Source: Podarcis muralis
Lineage: Eukaryota
Reading direction: 5' to 3'
Assembly: GCF_964188315.1 (NCBI RefSeq)
Contig: NC_135661.1
Coordinates: 32,488,001 to 32,552,000 of the forward strand
Length of the DNA: 64,000 nt
Shown: piece after piece, positions 52,111 to 63,763 of the stretch
Numbering within the stretch: the stretch's first letter is position 1
How the letters are laid out: each line of letters starts with the position of its first letter
Notes under the pieces: model-generated
Databases searched by the model: none
The model's input: only the letters and a program-made list of their open reading frames with translations
Told to the model about the DNA's origin: nothing
Position numbers and translations under genes: made by a program

Positions 52111-52659
52111 CCTCTGAAGCAGCTAAAAGTTGCAATTGAGGCAGCTAAAAAACTCCACTTTGCTGGCCCCACCCCACCGAGTGTACGACCCCCTGGAGTC
52201 ATCGGACGCCCAGGACCACAGACCTTCAAGCACCCTAAATCTTGTCTCTCAGCAGCTCCTGATCCTTGTGATATAATAATGCTAATATGTGCGTACCTTG
52301 CAGGGTCGTTTTAAGGATCAATAAGATCATGTATGTGGAAGGTTGCTAGATACTACAGTATATATAAGCATAAGCAGAAAGAGTTTAGCATGAAATTAGA
52401 GTTGCTTGGGAAGGCAGGAGAGACAGCTTTAAAGGAAGAAAACAAGTGGAAACACGTTTATTCATACTGGAATTTAAATTGTCGTAAACTTCCCCTAGGT
52501 TTGCTGATAAAGGGTGGGCAAGACATTAAAAACAACACCACTTATCATATGTGTGTGTTAATATACTTAACATATTTAAAGCTAATATATTTATTGAATA
52601 ATTATGTATTGCCTATCTATAATAAAGTATTATTATTTTCCAAAGGGGAGGGGAGACGT

Positions 52660-53720
52660 CCACTCTAAGCATTTCCAAGGCAAAACGAGGAAGGAGGCGC
52701 GCGTGGAAAGCGGACAGATTGAATCCTCCGCAAAAGCTTCCCGCTTCTTCCGGCAGAGCTCCGGTGCCTTTGGCACACCGGGAGTCAGGAGGCGCAGCCG
52801 CAAAGCTCTTCACCTGCAGAACACCTGCCTGTTAAAAAGCAGCTGTTGCAAGCACAGGAGCCCTGACAGCGGCGCGGGAGAAAGACACGCTAGCTCTACA
52901 GTTTGCAGCTGGGGCTTCCGCGCCCCAGATCGGCCGACATTTCGGAAACTTGAGCAAGCTCGGTGCAGTTGCAACCGCGGCTGTATGTCGGGACGCAAAG
53001 CGAGGCCCAGATCCGCCCTCTGTGATCCCCCACGGGACCCGCGGCTGGGCGGGAGCGACCTCGGCGACCCGGCTGCGCCGAGGCGGAGTTGTGCGCGCAG
53101 CCCCGGGCCGAGGGAGGAAGGCTTCCGGATCCGGGGGCGACGGAGAGTAGGAGTTTGCAAAGGGGGTGGGGGAGAGACTCGAGGAAAGCGCCCGGTTTGC
53201 CTGCCGGGGCTGGACGGAAGGGGCTCCCCATCCCCTCCGAGGCTGCTTTGCAAAGGCGCCGACTACATCTCCCATCACCCCTCGCTCACGGCCGTGCGTG
53301 CTGGGAATTGTAGTCCAAAAATTAAAGAAGCACATTCGCAAGGACTAACGGGTTTCCAGGGCAAGCCTTTCCAGGCTGGTTAAAAGGGCTTCCTCTCAGG
53401 TAAGTGAGAGTTTAGGCTTGCGGACTAGCAGCTTGAGTGGACTGGGACTCTCCTTTGCAGGAAGCGCGCAGCGATTCTGAACGATCAGCTCTGCTTCTCT
53501 GAAAATCACGGCTAGACACTACGGATTTCTCTTGCTTTGACCCCGCTGATGACAACAGAAAGACCGTAGCTAGCAATGCGTGGTCAGTTGTCTGTCCGCT
53601 GCTGGAGGCTGTGGACTGACATGCAGGGAGGGACTTGTTACAGCCGAGATTTCTCGTAATGCAAAGATCCTTGGCTGATACTTGGATAGGGAGGGCGGGG
53701 GCTGAACGACAGAAGCCCCG
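52660..53720. promoter_or_regulatory. C19orf12: CpG island / promoter of C19orf12, with probable non-coding exon 1 ending at 53399
   Basis: CpG-dense. CAG/GTAAGT consensus donor at 53400. Two inverted ACTACAnnTCCC motifs at 53262-53314. Confidence 0.75.
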
Positions 53721-54784
53721 GGCGTGGTAGTTTTGACAGGCAGTGTGGCTCATGCAAAATCTCTGGCGGGGCGAATAAGAAGGAAACCAGAGCGGTTTCT
53801 ATCAAACGAGGGGGGAAACCCTCCAACATGCAGGCAACTGGTGGGTTCTTAATCCCTGCAGAAATCCAAGGAATCTGAATCCGCTATGAAGGACCTCAGG
53901 TGTGGCTGGGTTTCAGAGCAGATGTTCGAATCGCAATAGTCTCCTGTGGTTTGGGGGTGAGATCACTTCTGTGATCATGCCCGTGAAGCAATCTTTTTGT
54001 GTAAGGGCATCAATCCCACGAACTCCAAGGGGTTTTTTTGTTTTTGTTTTTGCAAAGCTGGGAGTTTCTGGATTGCAATGAGAATGATGAAACCATGGAA
54101 GGTTTGCTCTGTCTGCAAAACCAGGAGCAGATCAGAACTCCTATTTTGCAACCACAAAAAAACTTATTCTGAGAATTTTTAGTTCCCCTACCACCACCAC
54201 TTCTGCAGTCATGAGAGCTGGAATGGAAGATGACAATGAAGCCTTGCCCCCCCCCCCCCCCGGAAGTAAAGCCCATTGACTTGCTTGCAAGTAAATCTGC
54301 TTGGTCTTGCAGACCATTGGTTTACCTACCCCTGTGCTGTATACGCTGGCCTGGTTTCCCCACAACACTAAATCATGGCGTGATGTTATATGTGAATCCT
54401 GCCCAGTGGCTTAATGATGGTTTCTTTACTGCTAACAAATGGTGATCTGGAGCCATGGTTTGTTGTTGACTTAGGAACCTTGGTTTGTTTTAACTGTGGT
54501 TCGGTAATGCATGTAAACCTAGGAGCTTTCCTTAATTGTGATTTGTTTGACACCCCCACCCCCAAACCACAAAGGCACAAGGCAAGAGCAGCTGGGAAGC
54601 AAGGCTAGCCATGGTTTGTCTGAACATCTGCGGGACAACTCAACCATGGCCAAGTATTTTGTGCAAACTGTTCCTCCTCCAACAGAAAATCTCTCTCTGA
54701 GGTCTTCAGCAGGGATGAGAGAGGACATGGGAGAGGGCCTTCTTGGTGGCTGCTCCCAGACTTCGGGACTCCCTTTCTAAAGAT

Positions 54785-55050
54785 GAGAGACTGCTTCCCT
54801 CCTTGTTGCCCTTTCACTGGCAGGTGAAAGTGGATTTATTGCAACAGGCCTTCAGGAACTGACTGCTTTTAGAAAGGTCTGGTGCTGTTATGTTTTTATT
54901 GTTACCTGTATTTTTAATAGAATTTTGTTTTGATAGTATTTTGATTGTCTTGATGTTTAATTACTATTAATGATTATCTTTTCTATTTTATCTGTGTATG
55001 TGCATTTTTCTCTGTAATGTGCCTTGGGTCCCTGTCTAGGGAAAAGGCAA

Positions 55051-55086
<36 letters not shown>
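54785..55086 (+). mobile_element. L2-like 3' end with (TAA)n tail
   Basis: AT-rich 3' UTR, gccttgggtccc...gggaaaaggc, (AAT)n. Confidence 0.5.
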
Positions 55087-55087
<1 letters not shown>

Positions 55088-55719
55088 GTCTTGTTACCCA
55101 AGATTGCCTTTAATTAGAGGTGTGGTAGATTGAACTTGCGATCTCCTACATTGAGTATAGGAAACCTTTGGCCCTCCAGATATTGCAGACCTATAGCTCC
55201 CATCAGCCCCAGCAAGCGTGGCAATGAAGCAATTAAGAAAACATCCTTTCACACTGGTTAATTGATATCTGGTGCTGTAAACTGCTTTGATTTTTTTTAA
55301 TGATAAAGCGCTATACAAATATTTTTATAAATAGAGATGGGCAGCAGCTACATGGGGTATAAAAGAGCTCTTAGGTTAGGGTTGGGAACCTCAGGCCCAG
55401 GGACCAATTCTGCTCCTCCAGACCTCTCTGGCTGGTCCTTGGGGTTCTCTCAGTGGTCCATCTCAGGGGCTTTTTGCCTGGTTGGAATGTGCCTTTGAAC
55501 TGTGACAGCGCTTCTTTGCTTACTTGGATGGAAGCATGTGTATACTTTTTCACAGTTGCCTGCTGCCTGCTGTACAGAGGTCTGAGGCACATCCACTACA
55601 CCCCGCCCACCATTGGGGTGCACCCCCACCCAGAAGAAAGTTGCTTGTGGTAGAATGCGGCCCTTGAGCCTGAGTTAGGTTCTCTCGCATTTCTATTAAG
55701 GTGTTGTACCTTTCCATTA

Positions 55720-56070
55720 TAGGGGTGTGGGTGGCGCTGTGGTCTAAACCACTGAGCCTAGGGCTTGCAGATCAGAAGGTCAGCTGTTCAAATCCCCACA
55801 ATGGGATAAGCTCCCGTTGTTTGGTCCCAGCTCTTGCCCACCTAGCAGTTCGAATGCACGTCAAAGTACAAGTAAATAAATAGGTACCACTCTGGTGGGA
55901 AGGTAAACTGTTTCTGTGTGCTGCTCTGGTTCACTACAAGCGGCTTAGTCATGCTGGCCACATGACCCATCTGCGGACAAACGCCGGCTCCCTCAGCCAG
56001 TAAAGGGAGATGAGCACCACAACCCCAGAGTCGCCCGCAACTGGACCTAACGGTCAGGGGTCCCTTTACC
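55720..56070 (+). mobile_element. Full-length Sauria SINE ending just upstream of the C19orf12 exon 2 acceptor
   Basis: gggtggcgctgtggtctaaaccactgagcc head, (ACCTTT)n tail, TSD-like tacctttccat on both sides. Confidence 0.88.
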
Positions 56071-56110
56071 TTTACCTTTCCATATGCTTTCAAGGTGTAA
56101 GCTACGCAAG

Positions 56111-57227
56111 ATGCCGGTCAGCGTGAACGACGTCATGCAGCTCCTATGCCATGTGTCTGAAGAGCGGAAAATGAGGGCGGCCTTCAAGCATTCAGGGCGA
56201 GGAGCGATCGTGGCTGGGGCAACTGCTTTCTTGGGAGGCTTGGTGGGCGGCCCGCCTGGCATAGCCGTTGGTAAGTGAGGCTCTCTTTCAAGCAGAGGGT
56301 CTGTAGAAACTACCTTGCCGTTTTGCTTTAGAGCTAGCGATTCCCAAACTTTTTTGGACCCCGCAACCCAACTTGGCTCCATAGTGGTTTGCATGGCACT
56401 ATCAAATTCAAAACGGCAACAACAAATTGCACATGTATTCAAAATCCAATTGAAACTATTTGTTTTTTGTTAATTCAACAAAGTTCATGCCCTTGGTCCA
56501 GTGATACCAGCTTTTCAAAAGTCTGATAGTCTTTTACTCTTCCAGCACTGCCCTGCACCTGCCTCTTAACAATTCCTGGGGGAGGGGAGAGTACTGCCCA
56601 ATTTGGGGAACTAGTGAATTAGAATGTTAATATCCTGATTTTGCTCAAAAACAGGAAACAAAAAACCAGCCCTGCAAGATGGGGTGGCAACAATAAATCC
56701 ATAGCATAAGCCTAACCATGTCTACTCAAAAATAAGGCCTGTCAAGGTCAATGGAGCTGACTCCAAGGTTAGGGTTGCAGCCTTAATAATCAGCAACCAG
56801 TATGTGAAACAAAATACCCTAAAGCCAAATTTTGGTCTTCATCCCCATCAGGAGGTTTGCACCCTGGATTCTGTGCATCTGCACATGATTTGCCTCATGG
56901 GGGTGTTTGGCATTGGTGAGTGATGTGTGGCTTAAAATACATTTCTGTGCTGCTTTCCTAGGGGGCGCTGTTGGGGGCTTGCTTGGTGCCTGGATGACCT
57001 CTGGGCAGTTTCAGCCCATCCCTCAGATCATCCTGCAACTGCCTCCCACGGAGCAGCAGCGGCTGTACGACAACGCCTACGCCATCATTGGGAATTTAGA
57101 TTGGACCGATACAGCGCAGCTCATAGCCCTGGTCATGGGCAACAGAGCCATCCAAGACCAGCTGTTTTGCATGCTGACGAGCTACATCACTAACGAGCTT
57201 AGAGCTGAAATCAAGTATGAAAACTAG
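56111..57227 (+). CDS. C19orf12: C19orf12 orthologue (MPAN/NBIA4 protein), 141 aa; join(56111-56270, 56962-57227)
   Basis: [77 protein letters not shown]...[10 protein letters not shown]. Glycine-zipper region, 160+266 nt, GT-AG, phase 1. Colinear with the 141-aa human isoform as I recall it. Confidence 0.96.
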
Positions 57228-57599
57228 GGTCTGATGTGAAATTGAGCGTGCTTAAGTAGACTTCTCCCCCCCCCCTTTTTTTTTTTTTGGTAGCGTGGAG
57301 AATATCTTAAATCTGTTTGGATCAATGATTTTCCCATTGCAACTGGAGATTGTGACACTCTTATCTTCTGTTCTTCAAACCAGCCTCAGAATAGTGTTTC
57401 CAGTGGTTTGATGAGCCTCTGCTTTTCTATATCGTTATCATCGCTCTGGCTGCTGTGGATACCTCCGTTTCAGGCCTCGCGTCGACTTGCGAGAGCACAT
57501 GTATGCGCACATAGAGAATTATGTTCACTGGAAGTTGACCACTTGTGGCTACTAGGACCAGGAAGTGCCTGCGGCAGTCCTGCCCTGTGGTAGCTGGTT

Positions 57600-57601
<2 letters not shown>

Positions 57602-57638
<37 letters not shown>
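57602..57638. repeat. (GT)n microsatellite
   Basis: Direct. Confidence 0.9.
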
Positions 57639-57639
<1 letters not shown>

Positions 57640-58794
57640 CGGTGTAGTGCTGATCTATCTGGCGTCCTAACTGAATAATGCTGACAAAGGGATCACCCTG
57701 GTTTAGATGTCTCTGGTTAAATGGAGCTCACAACAGAATTCTGCTGGCTTGAATGAAGGTCGCTGTTGTTATGGGATAGGCCATTCACACTGCGCAATGA
57801 AACACTTTGTCGTGTAAGCTGGGTGCATCAGAGACATCCCCAGAAGTCCGAATCCACGGACACACCCACACATAGGGGAAAAACTGGCAACCCAGCCATT
57901 TGTTCTATGGCACAGAGCACCTTCTTCGGTAATGCTAATGGTGGTGCTTAACTAGCTAGCCAAGGCCATTACCTCAATATAGGGCTTTGGCAAACTTGCT
58001 CCCTTATACCTTCAGCCCACACAGATACGGGATCCTAAGAACTGGAAGGGGCTCAGGGCATCATCCAGAGTGACCCCACCCCACCCTACACCCACAACAA
58101 CATATGTAGGGATGGCTGCCTGTTCTCCATCGGCATCTCACATTGATGCTGAAGGTGCTACTCTGCCACTATGAGTAGTAGCTATTGATACCCCTCCATT
58201 AATTTATCTAATTCTTTTTTTTTTTTTGATGGTCATTATTACATCTCATGAAAGTGAGTTCCACAGATTAACTAGTTGCTATCTGGAGGGGGGGGGACCC
58301 ATTTTCTTTTGTCTACCCTGAATCTTCCAATTTTCATGTATTTATTTCATAAAATGTATACACCTTGATTGTAAAACCTCAAAAGCGGTTCACAAAAAGA
58401 TTTTAAAAAATCAAGTAAGAATTACAACAATACTTTAAAGCATAAAGTCAAAATAGCAAAAGGCTAATATTCATCTCTGCTTTCTAAGCATCTGGGTAGG
58501 GTTGTCTAAATAAATTATTATTATTTTTAAGCAGGCACCGAATAAAATACAGTAAAGGCACCTGCTTGATATCAAGAGGCAGGGAGTTCCAAAGTATAGG
58601 TGCTGCCACGCTAAATGAAAAAAGTTCTTGCAAATGCGGAATGGGTATTACGTGGCACCTATCGTGCCAGTTCTGCCGATTGAAGTTGACGATGGGGAAC
58701 ATGGGATAAGGTGATCCAGTAGGTATATGTTCAACTTTATTGGATGGTTCCCTGGTTCTAGTATATGAGAAACAGAAAAAAACTTCTCGAAAAC

Positions 58795-59030
58795 GTAAGA
58801 AGAGCCTGCTGGACCAGACCAGCGGCCCATCTAGTCCTGCGTCCTGCTCTCACAGTTGCCAACCGGATGCCTCAAGGGGAAAACCCACAAGCAGGACCCG
58901 ACCACAAGAGCCTTCTCCCCTCCTGTGGTTTCCAGCAACTGGTACCCAGATGCATTGCTGCCTCTGTCAATGGAGGAGGAGCAATTATGGCTAATAGCCA
59001 CTGACAGCCCTCTCCTCCTTTCTATCAATT
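58795..59030 (-). mobile_element. Old LINE/SINE 3' fragment (related copy near 30680-30870)
   Basis: Shared aagaagagcc..ctggatcag..ggcccatct.gtcc..tcctgttctcacag pattern. Confidence 0.45.
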
Positions 59031-60178
59031 TTCTCCAAGGTGGAGGTCTGAAATATTGCATGGCCCCTGGTGCAGTCACCCAGGAATCCTAAGACTATGC
59101 CATTAGGGACTTTTCTACTTTAAAAATCAATCATGTTTCCTTCTGCTGTCAGAGAAAAATAAAACTTTGAAGCCTCAAGGTGCCTTTTTTGAAGCTGCAA
59201 CGTACAGAGCCAATAATGTAGCATTATCTTAGTTTTTTTTGTGTGTGTGTTGGAAATAAATAAATTATCACACTGAAACTCAGAGGTAGATCTGGTTTTT
59301 TTAAAACTATTAAGATCTGGTTTTTTAAAATTATTATATAGCGTGTGTTTGCATGACAGCTGATTTACCTGCCTTTGGAGACGAAAAAAACACAATAAAG
59401 CCACGTGTGATACAGATCTGTTTGAGTCTGCCCTGGCTCGAAATTTGGGTAGAATGTGCACAGCCTCACTTTCAATTCTAATTGCCTAGGAACATAGAAA
59501 GCTGACTTACACTGAGTCAGACTATTAGTTCATCTAGCTCAGTATTGTTTACAGCTCTCCAGGGTTTCAGACAGGGAATCTTGTCATCATGGAGGGTGCC
59601 TTTTCCAAACGCCCTCCTAAACCTGGAGCCAGATGCTCGGATTGAGTTCTAAGCAGACTCTGTTAGCACTTGCGTTACTTTATCCCCAGCTAATGGACAG
59701 TTGGGGTATGGGGCATGGCAGAACAGCCAGGGAGTGGCAGTCATCCTCCCATCGTTGAGTCAACAAGCACCCATCCAGTGCATAGGATTAGACTGGATTC
59801 AGGTCCTTTCCTTGTCTATTTGTGGTGGCCATATTTGGCAGAGGTTCAAAGGCCCAAAGCAACCCGTTGAGTCAATTGTTTTTAACATCACACTCCTGGA
59901 TAATGGCTCCACCAACATGCAGTCAGCATCAAGCTGGTGGTGGTTGCAGGAGCTCCTTTAAGTAAAGCTGAAATTCTGGGTTCATTTACCTGGTAGTAAA
60001 CCTCACTGAAAACACTAGAATTTCTGAGTAGGGAGTGGGGGAGAAATTCAATTCAGTTTGCTTTGAAAGGTGAAGTTGCTTCATTCACACTTTTCCCAGA
60101 ACAAGATGTGAACAGAAATGCAGCCATCATTTGACATTCACACTTCTCCGAATTTTCCAGTGCAGTTCTCTATCCAAG

Positions 60179-60406
60179 TACAGTGGTACCTCAGTTTAAG
60201 AATGATTAGGTTTACAAACTCTGCAAAACCGGAAATAGTGTCTTGGTTTGAGAATTTACCTCTGTCTAAGAACAGAATCTAAACGGTAGAAGGGCACTGG
60301 CAGCAGGAGGCCTCATTAGGGAAAGCGTGCCTCAGTTTAAGAACGGTTTTGGTTTAAGAATGGACTTCCAGAACGGATTAAGTTTGTAAACTGAGGTACC
60401 ACTGTA
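60179..60406. mobile_element. Tigger-like MITE, related subfamily
   Basis: tacagtggtacctcagttt ... aaactgaggtaccactgta. Confidence 0.85.
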
Positions 60407-60549
60407 ATGTGCACAAAAATACTTAACGCTGGGGTAAAGTGTGCTTTACAGTTAGTGGAAATAACACCCCAATGTGTGTTGTGCTAGGCAAAATTGCAAA
60501 ATTGCATACTAAAATGTGTATGTTTTGGAGAAACTGACACTCAATTGCT

Positions 60550-60551
<2 letters not shown>

Positions 60552-60596
<45 letters not shown>
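60552..60596. repeat. (GT)n microsatellite
   Basis: Direct. Confidence 0.9.
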
Positions 60597-60599
<3 letters not shown>

Positions 60600-63123
60600 G
60601 AGGGGGGGCTTTATTTTTGCAAACTGTTGTGGAAATGTGGACAGCTGAATTTAAGACGGGGAAAGCAATGAGCTGAGAAAACTGACATATTCTCCCATCC
60701 CTACCTCTGAGCAAACATGCTTTAGGATTACACTGTAAGCCTTTCTAATTCTAACACATATAGCAGGTCCTTCTTTCGAAACACCCTATTTCACCAGCCT
60801 ATCCATAAAATGAAATGTTTTGACGACTGATCATCTGGGGCCTGCAATTATGTGAGTGGCTGATGTGAAATCATGAGGCTGTAATGGACTGGGGAGGGGG
60901 GGAGAGAGAGAACCACCTAATTTAGGCAATACTGAGCTATATGGACCAGTGGTCTGACTGGAATGAGTGGTACTGGGTTACCCAACAGACAGACCAAAGC
61001 ATGTGCTTAGTGCACCAGCAAAGCAGGGGCTCCCTTACCCCACAAAAAACCAAAGTTCTGAAGGAATTTGGCATATGATATTTCAAAGGGAGGAAAGCAT
61101 CAAAGTAGTCATTGGGAAAGATTTATTACACCTATTTACACGCCACTAGATTTTTCTGTTCTCTTTTTATTACTTATCCCACCTGTACCAGGGACCATCC
61201 TGTCAACACAGATCGAAATAATGGGAAGAAATCAGATCCTGTCAAGTTTAGTAATAAATTGATGTTTTATTATTAAAGATTTATTCTTATGAGTTATACA
61301 AACTTTGTTTCTTTCCCCTTTCTAATCTATGTATGCAGAAAAACAGAATACGCTGTGTAAGTTGTTTTGTTTATTGTTTTTATTTTGAATTGCATATGGA
61401 GAGCGGGGAGACGCCATGATCTTTTCAGCGCTTAGGGCTTCCAAAGGCAGCTTCCTGTGTTACAGCATTGATTAAACAAAAAACAAAAGAAAATAATAGG
61501 TAAAATTAATCACACCAGAAGGATGGAGATTGGACAGTTAAGCAAAAGTCTCCATAGGTCAGGTGAGTCTGAGGAAGTATTTGATTAGGTAAGTGGGAAA
61601 GGGGTGGACCCATCAAGGTCTTCTGCAAGATAATTCCAAATCAGCAAGACAGGGCTGGTGGGATTGCTTGAGGACGGAAGAAACCTCTGGACTGAGGAAC
61701 CTTGTGAAGTCTAAGGAGCAAAGGTAAGACTCTAGAGACCAATGAAGATATTGGAAGTGGGTGAGCTAACAGCAGCATGGCTGAGGACTGAGTGGCTTCA
61801 AGGTAAGGCTGAAGACTTTGTGCTGGATACAGGAACAGGCAAGAAGCCAATGCAGGGTTTGGTTTAAGGAGGCGGGGTTTTCTACAAAGCTGCTCAGGCC
61901 CAACCTTGATTGGGTCAGCAAAGAGGAGCACCTGTTTTTGAAAAACCTGAATGTGAGTTTTCTACAAAGCTGCTCGGGTTCATTTCCTCATTTGCATCCT
62001 GAATTAGAGGAACCATCTCCTGAAGTGGTCCAGTTTGAGGAAATATTGTAGCCAAAGAAGTTTTCTTTAGGAGTCAGGCAATTGGGTAAGTGATATTGTA
62101 ACCCTCTTAAGCTATTAATATTACTTTGATGTTTCCTAAACACGTTTACTTGGAAGTGAGGACCTCTGACTTCAATGAGGGTTTCACCCCTGTAAATGTG
62201 CTGCTGTCTTAGCTATTGACCTTAACCTCTTTAATGGGCTTTCTGTTAAAGGAAACAAGATAGGATTTGCTATTTACTGAGACACAAAGGGGGAAGGGAG
62301 ATTTGTTTGGCTTAGTTTCACCTTTTCAGATTATATTTCTTTTTGAGAGTTCTTGATTATAGCAAATAAAGACATGCCCATACCCTGACAACTAATTATC
62401 TTACTAAATTGCAAAGGTTGCAGTCTTACCTGCAGTTGGGCGTAAGCCCCCATGAACTGTGTTGTAAGACTGTAAATTAAATGGAGGCATGGGGTGTGAG
62501 AAGCCTTGAAAATATGAGAACCATAAGGCAATATACACCTTTTTTGGCACCAGTATAAATGGGTTATTGTCTGCTATGTTGGGTTTTGTATGCCAGTCAA
62601 AACAAGGGGTGGTATTCAGTGCTTGTCCTGCTCAGAGGAGAATCATTGAAGTTAATAGACATGCCTCACTTCATTCATGAATTTCAGTGGGCCTTCTCCA
62701 AGTAGGACTTAGTTGAGTACAATGCAAGAAGCAGATTTCTAGGTCTGTGGTTGTGAGAGAGTAAAGCATGGCAAATGTGACCAACTATATTCATCCCAAG
62801 CAATGTGGTTCAATACCGAGGGAAGAGTCATGAGACTTGTTCAGCAGCAGATAACTGTGGGGTGTCTAGAAGAAAAAGGCTCTCATTTTAGAGGGCTTGC
62901 TTTGCATGCAGAAGGTCCCAGATTCAGCTCCCAGCATCTCCAAGCAGGGCTGGGAGAGGCTCCCTGGCCGAAGAGCTGCTTCCATTAGGAGCTCTATTCT
63001 GCCATATACTATGTCAAGTCATTCCTAGATGCGCCAAATCGCCTGACTCTGTATATGGCAGCATCTTGTGGGCATGCTCATTGAAGTGGATCTTCCTTTC
63101 TGCTTTCAAGGTATAAGCCAGAC

Positions 63124-63286
63124 ATGTCGCCGATTGCCGTGAATGAGATGATGCAGCTTCTGGGCCGACTATCTGATATATGGGGAATGAAGGCTGCCAC
63201 CAAGCAACCCAAACGAGTTGCCCTTGTGGCAGGTTTGGGGGCCCTGTTTGGGGGCTTGTTGACCGGACCAGTTGGCATTCCAGTAG
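63124..63286 (+). CDS. C19orf12-like: Diverged tandem C19orf12 paralogue, first coding exon (exon starts 63111); last exon lies beyond the window
   Basis: MSPIAVNEMMQLLGRLSDIWGMKAATKQPKRVALVAGLGALFGGLLTGPVGIPVG. Same TGCTTTCAAG acceptor as copy 1, phase-1 donor G/gtaagt, 27/53 aa identical to copy 1 by hand count. Confidence 0.85.
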
Positions 63287-63397
63287 GTAAGTATGTGCTT
63301 CCTTATGAACTGGAAATCTCAGCGCAAAATTGCCTTGCCTATTTAATTAAAGCGGTAGTGAATGGGTATGGAGGCATACATGTTATGGTTAGCGCTG

Positions 63398-63583
63398 GGG
63401 AAGGGCCGTGGCTCAGTAGTAGAGCATCTGCCTTGCAGGCAGAAGGTTCTTGGTTCAGTCCCTGGAAACTCCAGTTAGGGCTGTCTGAAGCCCTGGAGAG
63501 CTGCTGCCAATCAATGCAGAAGATGATACTGAGCAAAATGGACCCATGGTTTGACTTAGTATAAGGCAGTTTCCTGTGTTCCT
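63398..63583 (+). mobile_element. tRNA-derived SINE in the intron of the C19orf12 paralogue
   Basis: A box gtggctcagtagtag, B box ggttcagtccc, tail gcagtttcctgtgttcct. Confidence 0.7.
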
Positions 63584-63763
63584 GTCCAGGAAGAAGTCTT
63601 AACTCCTTTCATGGACAATCACCCCAAATTAATGGCAGTCAAAGACCTGGTTCACACATCACAGTGAGCCCAAACAATTATCTACTCCGAGTGCTGCTTG
63701 GTTTCTCCCTGGTCCTTTTAGCTTGGCAGCTAAGCCCTGCTCAGTGTGTTGTCCTAACCCAGG

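Larger units (their letters stand above)
49158..52330 (+). mobile_element. Decayed endogenous retrovirus: LTR (left end uncertain) ending at 49633, PBS 49639-49657, leader, duplicated gag-like segment
   Basis: TATA-like 49435, AATAAA 49524, ...CTACA then TGGTCCGTTTGGCCGGGAA (tRNA-Gly-like), AAG/GTGAGG donor at 49852, PPPPYA motif twice. Confidence 0.55.

Noticed and set aside
52642-52656. Polypurine tract AAAGGGGAGGGGAGA as the start of a 3' LTR
   Set aside because: The downstream sequence does not begin with TG and shows no similarity to the upstream LTR; it runs straight into the C19orf12 CpG island.
52604-53383. 259-aa ORF and overlapping ORFs
   Set aside because: CpG island artefact; no family motif.
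56907-56961. N-terminal extension of the 106-aa ORF
   Set aside because: Intronic; the real exon starts after the AG at 56961.
63287-63564. C-terminal part of the 146-aa ORF
   Set aside because: Read-through past a consensus donor into intron and SINE sequence; similarity to C19orf12 stops at the donor.
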